Below the pieces are notes generated by a model, which saw nothing but the letters and a program-made list of their open reading frames with translations, was not told the origin of the DNA and searched no databases. A stretch of 53,544 bases of DNA from an uncultured Nitrososphaerota archaeon (GTDB lineage: Archaea > Thermoproteota > EX4484-205 > JAAOZP01): assembly GCA_964416155.1 (NCBI GenBank), contig CAYQCW010000006.1, positions 1-53,544 of the forward strand, in the 5' to 3' direction. The position numbers and the translations under genes were made by a program. Positions 46,839 through 53,544 of the stretch are shown here, one piece after another. Numbering within the stretch: the first letter of the stretch is position 1; each line of letters begins with the position of its first letter.

Positions 46839-48176
46839 ATGGCTGACGAGTTAAACTCCTTCAAAAACGCTCAGAAGCAGGTAGACAGGTGTGCTGATGT
46901 TCTGAACCTGGATGAGGCTACGCGCGTTTTTCTCAGGGAGCCTTTGAGGACGCTGATTGTTAATATTCCGGTTAGGATGGATAATGGTTCCGTCAAGGTT
47001 TTCACAGGTTTCAGGGTTCAGTATAATGATGCTTTGGGACCGACTAAGGGTGGGATAAGGTGGCATCCTGAGGAGAACCTGGACACGGTTAAGGCTTTGG
47101 CCGCGTGGATGACTTGGAAGTGTGCTCTGCTAGACTTGCCTTACGGCGGGGGGAAGGGCGGGGTTGTTTGCGACCCGAAGAAGATGAGTAGCGGCGAGAA
47201 GGAGAGGCTTGCCAGGGCTTACATTAGGGCTCTAGCAGGGTTTCTTGGCCCGTTGAAGGATGTTCCCGCCCCGGATGTTTACACGGATCCCCAGGTTATG
47301 ACTTGGATGATGGACGAGTATTCGGTGATCGCAGGTTACAACGTGCCCGAGGTTATTACGGGTAAGCTTCTTATCGCTGGGGGTTCCAAGGGGAGGGAGG
47401 ACGCTACTGCGAGGGGAGGCATGTTTGTTTTGAGGGAGGCCGCTAGGTTTCTCAGGCTGGGTCTCGAGGTGGATGAGGATAGGCTTTACCTGTCGCCCGG
47501 GGAGCTTTCGAATATTCCTGATGCTTCTCCTAAGGGTGGGGACGCGGTGACTGTTGCGATTCAGGGCTATGGTAACGCTGGCTCCCTGGCGCATTTTTTG
47601 GCGACTAGGCTCTTCAGGAATGTTAAGGTTGTTGCGGTGAGCGATTCCAAGGGAGGGATTTTCAACGAGGACGGGTTGCCCTACAGTAGGGTTAGCATGG
47701 TTAAGGGGGAGACTGGGAGCGTTTTGAACTACGAGCCTTCGAAGAAGATCAGTAACGAGGAGATTCTGGAGCTTCCGATTGACGTTCTGATTCCGGCTGC
47801 GCTTGAAAACCAGATAACTGGAAAAAACGCTGGAAGGATTAAGGCTAAGATTGTGCTTGAGCTCGCGAACGGGCCTACTACTCCTGAGGCCGACGAGATT
47901 CTTCACAGGAGGAATGTTTTCGTGGTTCCCGACTTCCTGGCTAACGCTGGGGGCGTGACAGTATCTTACTTTGAATGGATGCAGAATCTTTCGAGATACT
48001 ACTGGGGGTATGAGAAGGTTTACAGGAGACTTGACGCTAAGATGACCAGGGCTTTCTGGGAGGTTGTTGAAGCCTTGAAGGAGTTTAAAGATAAGGATAT
48101 TGATCCTAGGATGGCTGCCTACGTAGTGGCTGTTAGAAGGGTTGTTGAAGCGATGAAGGCTAGGGGATGGGTCTAG
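46839..48176 (+). CDS. gdhA: Glutamate dehydrogenase (Glu/Leu/Phe/Val family)
   Basis: [51 protein letters not shown] and [17 protein letters not shown] motifs. Confidence 0.97.
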   Translation: MADELNSFKNAQKQVDRCADVLNLDEATRVFLREPLRTLIVNIPVRMDNGSVKVFTGFRVQYNDALGPTKGGIRWHPEENLDTVKALAAWMTWKCALLDLPYGGGKGGVVCDPKKMSSGEKERLARAYIRALAGFLGPLKDVPAPDVYTDPQVMTWMMDEYSVIAGYNVPEVITGKLLIAGGSKGREDATARGGMFVLREAARFLRLGLEVDEDRLYLSPGELSNIPDASPKGGDAVTVAIQGYGNAGSLAHFLATRLFRNVKVVAVSDSKGGIFNEDGLPYSRVSMVKGETGSVLNYEPSKKISNEEILELPIDVLIPAALENQITGKNAGRIKAKIVLELANGPTTPEADEILHRRNVFVVPDFLANAGGVTVSYFEWMQNLSRYYWGYEKVYRRLDAKMTRAFWEVVEALKEFKDKDIDPRMAAYVVAVRRVVEAMKARGWV

Positions 48177-48354
48177 GAAGCGGTTTACACCTGTTTCCAC
48201 AATGTTTAAACCCGATGTTTTCATCCGGCTGAACGTGTGTTTCGACATGCTAAGGGTTGAGAAGGCTTAAGGAGGGCTGGGCACGTTAAGAATTGCCGAA
48301 TGTTTTAAAGAGGAAAAAAGAATATATAAAACCATCGCCTACTATAATTGTAAA

Positions 48355-48582
48355 ATGAAGGCATGCATCTTGGTTAAAACCGGTTCTGGGAAGCATAAGG
48401 ATGTTTATAAGAAAATAAAAGGCATGAAGGGTGTGAAAACGGTTTTCCCAACCTTCGGTAGGACCGACGTGGTTGTGGATGTGAAGGTTTCTGACTTCAA
48501 GGAGCTCGCGTCACTGTTGTCTAGAATCAGCGGGATCAGGGGGGTACTTGCAACCGAGACGCTCATCGCCCTAGAGGTGTAG
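48355..48582 (+). CDS. Stand-alone Lrp/AsnC ligand-binding (RAM) domain protein
   Basis: 75 aa with no HTH: KACILVK....GK...V...I....GV......FGRTDVVV...I..I.GV..TETLI. Confidence 0.88.
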   Translation: MKACILVKTGSGKHKDVYKKIKGMKGVKTVFPTFGRTDVVVDVKVSDFKELASLLSRISGIRGVLATETLIALEV

Positions 48583-48586
48583 AACC

Positions 48587-48814
48587 ATGGTGAGGGGTGT
48601 TATGCTCGTTAAAGCCGGCTACGCTGCTGCCCGGGAGATATGTCAAGCGGCTTTGAAGATTAAGGGTGTTGTAGATGCTTACCCTGTTTTCGGAAGGTTC
48701 GACGCCGTGGTCTTCATTAAGGCTGAGGATGTCAAAGGGTTGAAGAATACAGCTTTGAAAATACTTGCTTTGAAAGGCGTTAGAAGCACTGAGACCCTCA
48801 TAGAGGCAGCTTAA
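48587..48814 (+). CDS. Stand-alone Lrp/AsnC ligand-binding (RAM) domain protein, paralogue 2
   Basis: 75 aa: RGVMLVK...IKGVVDAYPVFGRFDAVV.I.....L......I..LKGVRSTETLI. Confidence 0.88.
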   Translation: MVRGVMLVKAGYAAAREICQAALKIKGVVDAYPVFGRFDAVVFIKAEDVKGLKNTALKILALKGVRSTETLIEAA

Positions 48815-48815
48815 C

Positions 48816-48827
48816 CCTTCTTTTTTT
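48816..48827 (+). terminator. Probable archaeal oligo-T terminator
   Basis: Pyrimidine/T run CCTTCTTTTTTT directly after the stop of the second RAM gene. Confidence 0.45.
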
Positions 48828-48869
48828 AAAAAACAAGCGTGGCACGCTAGGGCGAGTTCTCCCCAGCTT

Positions 48870-49190
48870 CAAGCAGGATTATGGATGTGCCGCCTCTTCG
48901 CATTCCTTTTTTCCCTTAATCCCTGAAGTGCTTCAAGCAGCTTCTCGTAATCCTTGCCCCTGTAGAGCACTATGCCCTGTTCAATACGTCGAAAATTAAC
49001 GGGCTTCGCGCGCGCTTCTCGAATTCTCCTATTACGAGTATGTCATAGTCGCTTTAAAGCCAGTCTCCCCGAGCCCGGGAGCCGAAGAGTATTACTGCTG
49101 TAAGCCTGTATCTTGCAGCTAGCCTCTCCACAACTTAATAGCTTGCAAGCGTAGTCGTCCTCACGCCTCGATGAAACCCCTTGCGAAACT
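48870..49190 (-). pseudogene. MNT antitoxin pseudogene
   Basis: Read by hand: VERLAARYRLTAVILFGSRARGDWL*SDYDILVIGEF (in-frame TAA at 49054-49056), then SPLIFDV/EQGIVLYRGKDYEKLLE after a frameshift. Boundaries are approximate. Confidence 0.8.
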
Positions 49191-49192
49191 TA

Positions 49193-49432
49193 TTAAACGC
49201 TCCGCAGCTTCAACTGCTTTCCGGGATGTGTTTCACCATAAGCTTCATGGGGTGTTCCAGCGGCGCGCGTCCAGGAAGCCTCGTTGACCAGGCAGAGTAG
49301 AGCCTTAGCAGCCTTTTCAGCAGCTTGGTGCAAATAGTAGGCGGCAGCGTTGTATCTTCCCGCTTCGTGTAGGATCCTGACTGTCAAGTCCCAAACCCCA
49401 TCTTTGAGCCACCTTAAAGCCTCATCTCTCAA
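49193..49432 (-). pseudogene. HEPN domain protein, internally deleted
   Basis: EALRWL....DL....L...GRYNAAAYYLHQAAEKAAKALL is the HEPN N-terminus. It jumps to AGTPHEAY, so the middle is missing. It sits directly upstream of the MNT pseudogene. Confidence 0.78.
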
Positions 49433-49564
49433 GCCGTTTTAAAACAAGTCCTGCAGATTATTAGGCTTGCCCTAGGAGTAAAAACTCGTTTCGCGAGAAA
49501 GCGCTATTTCAGGCTTGAATGTTTATATGGAAAGCGTAGCTTGTAGCACACAGGGAAACTGGGT

Positions 49565-50278
49565 CTAAAGGCCTTTTTCCGAGACTGCACGGCCTGTTTC
49601 CCAGCGCGCGTCAAACCTATTCTTCTTGGTTACGGCTTCTAAAACTCTCGCAGTCTCATAACCTATTATTGCTACGAGGATTGTGAGGAGAATGTTTGCG
49701 AAGACCAGCGGGTAAAACTGTCTCATTAGCGTTAATGCGAAAGTTTCACTTCTGGCTGAGCTCTGGATGACGAGCAGGCCTGCTGAACCGGCTCCTCCTG
49801 CCTGTTTTGGAAGCACTGAGACAGCGTGGATAACGTTGATACTAAGGGAGTAGAATACGCCTGTGAAAACCACGCATGCCTCTAAAGCCCCTAGGAGCAG
49901 TTCGACAATAGTGTAGCTGACCATGGTGCTCCGGGAAACCTTGACGATTGTTAAAAGGCCGACGGATATGCTGAAGAATGCTGTGGTGAAAACAGGTATT
50001 GAAAGGAAAGTGATGCTTGTCAACCCCGGGTGGTCAAAAGGCTCGCCGTAGTTCTTAAGCTCATACCAGGTTATTGCGATACTCCCGTTCAGCAAGTCGC
50101 CTTCGAAAACCACTAGCGGGAGGGTGAGCAGCATTATGAAGAATACTCCGGTGGCGACTGAGGCCAGGGCGCCCACTGCCAGCCATTTTCGAAGCCTTTT
50201 TGCAAGCGGGAGAATTATCTTAGCCGCCAACCAGATCCACCTTCTTAGACTCCATAATGCTGCTACCGAGGAAAACAT
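49565..50278 (-). CDS. Multi-TM membrane protein, last gene of the pilus-like locus
   Basis: About four hydrophobic helices. It overlaps the signal peptidase stop; the true start may be TTG 50230. Confidence 0.7.
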   Translation of the reverse strand: MFSSVAALWSLRRWIWLAAKIILPLAKRLRKWLAVGALASVATGVFFIMLLTLPLVVFEGDLLNGSIAITWYELKNYGEPFDHPGLTSITFLSIPVFTTAFFSISVGLLTIVKVSRSTMVSYTIVELLLGALEACVVFTGVFYSLSINVIHAVSVLPKQAGGAGSAGLLVIQSSARSETFALTLMRQFYPLVFANILLTILVAIIGYETARVLEAVTKKNRFDARWETGRAVSEKGL

Positions 50279-51368
50279 ACCTCATTATCACGTAGCAAGC
50301 CACTCCCTTTTTCTCAGGCTTGACTGTGAAGCCTGAAACAGGTTGAAGAGTCTTGTCAAACCTGTCTGAGCCAACGTAGCAGAGTCTTCCATCCTCATCC
50401 GTATCGTAATACTGGATTTCGAAAGAAGTGTTGAAGGTTACAGGGTTAGGATTGAACACTATTACAGCATTGTTAACAGTCTTGACGTCGATTCTTCTCC
50501 AGCTGAAGGTTACAGGATAGTGGCCGGTGAGACTAGCCTTGTCAAACAGTATTTTGCAGTAGACCCGGAAGCAGGATGCTGTTGAAGAAGAATTAGCGTA
50601 AAGAGCCTCGTAGACTTCTAGCGGAACACTCACCACCAGAGTGTTGTTTTCAAAGAAGAACTGGTGCGGGGTGAACTCCCTGCCGGTAGCGTTAATCTTA
50701 ACCGTTTCAACCCTTGTGAACTCGAGCATGCATATATCCCCGTAGAAAGCCCTGAAGAACCGGTAGTCCTCAGAGACTGATGTGGACCGCAGAACTATGT
50801 TGGGCCTCTTAACATCTACAGTCTGGTGGACGTGGAATATCGGGATCATGGTCATCGTAATAATGTTTAAAATGGAGAAGAAGAGGACAACGGTTAGCAG
50901 CGTCCTGCCGATCTCAGCCCCATGGAGAAGACCTCTAAAGTATCTGAACCCTAGGATGAACAATACGGCTAGAAAAGGAGGAACCCAGACGAGCCTCGGT
51001 ACGATGAGGACAACCTTGTAAAGCACGTATTCTCTGCCTATCGGGTTATCCGGCCCAGGGTTAGCGTCACCCTTAGTAACAACAATTCCACCAGTAATGT
51101 TCACAGCCCTGTGGACTATGCAGTTGACCCTGTTAAAGCCTTTAACAATAACAATGTCGCCAACAGTGTAGTTGCCCTTGACCCCTATAATAATGTCTCC
51201 GACGAGAAGAGTCGGCTCCATAGACCTGCCTGAAACCATGAAGAAGGAGACAGGAAAATCTATGAACCTGGCTAGGGCGAGGAGTATTAGAATAAGGAGG
51301 AGAAAATAGCGTGTGAAGCGAGGGAGGCTATGCCGCAAACACTTGATGCCCGCACTACGATTACCCAT
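50220..51368 (-). CDS. Signal peptidase I, Sec11/SipW type (S26B), with long C-terminal extension
   Basis: TM, then VSGRSMEPTL.VGD (catalytic Ser), IVHR (His), TKGDAN..PD, two more TMs and a ~200-aa beta-rich tail. Confidence 0.9.
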   Translation of the reverse strand: MGNRSAGIKCLRHSLPRFTRYFLLLILILLALARFIDFPVSFFMVSGRSMEPTLLVGDIIIGVKGNYTVGDIVIVKGFNRVNCIVHRAVNITGGIVVTKGDANPGPDNPIGREYVLYKVVLIVPRLVWVPPFLAVLFILGFRYFRGLLHGAEIGRTLLTVVLFFSILNIITMTMIPIFHVHQTVDVKRPNIVLRSTSVSEDYRFFRAFYGDICMLEFTRVETVKINATGREFTPHQFFFENNTLVVSVPLEVYEALYANSSSTASCFRVYCKILFDKASLTGHYPVTFSWRRIDVKTVNNAVIVFNPNPVTFNTSFEIQYYDTDEDGRLCYVGSDRFDKTLQPVSGFTVKPEKKGVACYVIMRYVFLGSSIMESKKVDLVGG

Positions 51369-52806
51369 GGATGATCACTTTAACGGGATACTCGACCTCA
51401 ACCCTGGAGCTTGGAACATAGTAGTGGAAGCTGAGCGTGAGAACTATTTGCGAGGGCGGCATGGGGCTGAGGCTGAACGTGCCGTGAACAAGGCTAGCGT
51501 CAAACTCGTCCAGCATTACTTCAGAGGTTGTATCAACAAGAACATTGCTTCCCACTATTTGAATAGGCGTGGTTCCAAAAGAAGGCCCAACCCACAGGTT
51601 TATCGAGCCCAAGTATCCCTCCGGCACCTCGACGCTTTTAACTTTAAGGTAAGCGTTGTAAATCTTGGAGTCCTGGTTTTGAAACCCTAGTATGCTCATG
51701 TCCTTTACGCTGCACTCGTAGACATCTCCACCCACAACCTCGCTGAACGACTGGGAGGGCAGGATAACTATTCCCCCCTGTCTTACTTCGAGGCGCGCAT
51801 TCCTGACTATTGGCCTGGTTAAAACATCTAGGCTGGCTTTCCCGTCTGAGCCTGCTGTAGCCTGGGTTAAGAGAGACCCGCCGCCGTCGTAGAGATGGAC
51901 TGTCCAGCCTTCCTCAAGCCCCGTGATGTTTACGAACCTGGGGTTGGCGTTCGCGCATGCGACGAAATCGTCGAAATATGCGGTTATCGTGCCACCCGCT
52001 CTATACACGCCGACGCCAACAAGGTTGACTGGGAAAGCTGTATCAGTGGCGCTTAATGGACTGCCCTGCTGCAAGCCAGCCGTACTGTAGACGGTGAAAC
52101 CAACACCCCCAGAGTATTCCCTCCTACCCAGGAAGATGAACCACGTGTTCTCAGCCAGTGTTAACGAAGCTTCAACAACAGTAGTCCATGATAGTCCTGA
52201 CAGCCTCCTTATGGTTATGAATCTGCTAGCCCCGGTTCCACGGCGATACCCCATCAGGTTGAAAAGCGATGGTGAATTAGCCATGATGAGCCCGCTGTAC
52301 TGGTTATTAGCGTTCGTAATATGGAGCTCTTTCACGAGGACATGCACCACGCTTGTCCCGGCGGGAGGGCTTGCCGCGTAACGGGCGACGCACGCGCCTC
52401 CCCAGCTTGATGCTGAGGAGCTTGCAGACACTGTTATGTATCCTGCTGGGTTCCAGCTCCAGGTGCCAGCGTTAATGGTGAGCCTCCCGCTGGTGAACGG
52501 GTTGTCAGAGTAATCATCCCAGATGAACGCACTTCTCTTTATGAGAGCCAGTACTCCGGGGGAAGCCACTTCAACCCTCGCGCTGGTAGCATCATCATAG
52601 AGCTCTACTGAAACCCCCGGCGTGTTAGGGTCTCGGAAACTTACAGGTGGGTCAACCCAGCTAACGGCCACGGTGAAATCGTAATACGCGAGGACAGTGG
52701 CACCAACAAGCGTTACATTGATGAGGAGGATGAGTAAAACGGATAGTTTGGAATGGATGGATTTAGAAAAAACGATAGGGAGGTGCCAGCGCGGTTTCGC
52801 TCGCAT
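51361..52806 (-). CDS. Secreted minor pilin/adhesin-like protein (pilin domain with inserted lectin-like domain)
   Basis: Signal peptide. The N- and C-terminal segments align by eye with the adjacent 182-aa protein, and the central beta-rich insert ends in YFDDF. Confidence 0.6.
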   Translation of the reverse strand: MRAKPRWHLPIVFSKSIHSKLSVLLILLINVTLVGATVLAYYDFTVAVSWVDPPVSFRDPNTPGVSVELYDDATSARVEVASPGVLALIKRSAFIWDDYSDNPFTSGRLTINAGTWSWNPAGYITVSASSSASSWGGACVARYAASPPAGTSVVHVLVKELHITNANNQYSGLIMANSPSLFNLMGYRRGTGASRFITIRRLSGLSWTTVVEASLTLAENTWFIFLGRREYSGGVGFTVYSTAGLQQGSPLSATDTAFPVNLVGVGVYRAGGTITAYFDDFVACANANPRFVNITGLEEGWTVHLYDGGGSLLTQATAGSDGKASLDVLTRPIVRNARLEVRQGGIVILPSQSFSEVVGGDVYECSVKDMSILGFQNQDSKIYNAYLKVKSVEVPEGYLGSINLWVGPSFGTTPIQIVGSNVLVDTTSEVMLDEFDASLVHGTFSLSPMPPSQIVLTLSFHYYVPSSRVEVEYPVKVIIHG

Positions 52807-52820
52807 CGCTGCTCCTCAGC

Positions 52821-53369
52821 CTACGGCGGCGTCTCAGTCGACTGAGGCGAGTATACTAGTTCCATCGAAGCACTATCAGATCCTTGTACGGTGCTTGAGA
52901 TCTTCAGCCTCAGGCTTACGCTTAGCTCTCCACCTTGGTTTATGCTGCCTATGCTTGTTAAGCCTGTCTGTCTAAGGTTGATTTGAGCTGAACCCACTAT
53001 GAGTACTGCTTCCGAAATCCTTGGGTCGTCAAACGCGGTGTTTACTTTAATCCACAAGTAGTATGTTTGAGTATCCTCGTTTTTAATCTTCACTATGTTG
53101 TGGTAGAGCGTCGTCCCCCTCCTTGACGGATGAACCGTTATGTCTGCGACAGTACCCTCCTCACTCAGCTCTACTGTTATCGTGCCGGTAAGGTCGGGCC
53201 CGCCAGCGTTAGTGTTAGCCGTGTCGAAGTATATTGGGCGTTTACTCCAGCTTGCAGCTATATCCATCGGGTAGTATACGAAGACCGCGGCGTTCACCGC
53301 CGATACTGCTACTGCAATCAGTATTGTAAGCATGAGTATTCCCCGAGTGTTGCTCCTAGCCCTGTTCAT
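52821..53369 (-). CDS. Secreted beta-rich protein, candidate major subunit of a TasA/AbpA-like filament
   Basis: Signal peptide ending AVNA, mature N-terminal beta strand AVFVYYPMDIAASW, ~155-aa all-beta body. First gene of an operon with a dedicated SipW-type peptidase; SD GGTGA. Confidence 0.65.
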   Translation of the reverse strand: MNRARSNTRGILMLTILIAVAVSAVNAAVFVYYPMDIAASWSKRPIYFDTANTNAGGPDLTGTITVELSEEGTVADITVHPSRRGTTLYHNIVKIKNEDTQTYYLWIKVNTAFDDPRISEAVLIVGSAQINLRQTGLTSIGSINQGGELSVSLRLKISSTVQGSDSASMELVYSPQSTETPP

Positions 53370-53544
53370 TTTCCATATTCACCAGGTGCTATACTTATGC
53401 TGCTAAGCGGTGATTAAGTTTATTTCGTAAAGAAGATGATTTACGCCAAAAAATTAAGCTATCGTAAAGGCTTCGAAATCCCTGTTTCCCAAGTTTTTCC
53501 CAAGGATTTTCCGGTTTTTTAATTCTTGTCGTTTTACGACTAGA

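Noticed and set aside
47232-48248. 338-aa ORF antisense to gdhA
   Set aside because: No recognisable motifs and an odd Pro/Asn/His/Leu-rich composition. It is best explained as a codon-bias shadow of gdhA; long antisense ORFs are common opposite GDH genes.
53485-53515. Short direct repeats TTTCCCAAG near the window end
   Set aside because: Only two adjacent 9-bp copies with no spacers, so it is not a CRISPR array. Context is truncated.
1-53544. tRNA, rRNA, CRISPR arrays, transposases, integrases
   Set aside because: None were recognised by eye in any intergenic region or ORF. tRNAscan-SE, Infernal and a CRISPR finder were not run, so small RNAs could have been missed.

Overview
A 53.5 kb chromosomal segment from an archaeon. 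The evidence is TATA boxes about 25 nt before many start codons, NrpR, a Sec11/SipW-type signal peptidase, AMP phosphorylase and stand-alone Lrp/AsnC domains. A thermophilic, anaerobic TACK lineage such as Brockarchaeota or Bathyarchaeia is an inference only. I found no rRNA, tRNA, CRISPR array or intact IS element. Left part (1-22 kb): carbohydrate and amino-acid catabolism, including a GH42 beta-galactosidase, class II aldolase, glycerate kinase, two URO-D-fold proteins, a TIM-barrel epimerase, a very long transaldolase-family protein, a PqaA-like hydrolase, GH20, RidA and IlvA. It also holds an AmmeMemoRadiSam radical SAM enzyme split inside its CxxxCxxC motif by a 511-aa LAGLIDADG intein. 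Middle (22-33 kb): a catalytically degenerate IscS with IscU, an Fe-ADH, MoeA, a polyprenyl synthase and surface proteins. Right (32.7-48.8 kb): a nitrogen-assimilation supercluster. It contains nrpR, glnA, Gln-dependent nadE, a translationally coupled operon (degenerate gltB-FMN paralogue, gltB-FMN, gltB GATase+GXGXG, etfB, etfA, guaA), divergent gdhA with twin palindromic operators, and two stand-alone RAM proteins, with HEPN/MNT remnants near both ends. The far right end is a four-gene locus resembling SipW/TasA-type archaeal bundling pili. Top candidates for undescribed systems: (1) a glutamate synthase apparently wired to an ETF instead of GltD; (2) the pilus-like locus, whose minor pilin carries a ~285-aa insertion. 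All family calls come from motif recognition by eye; no searches were run.
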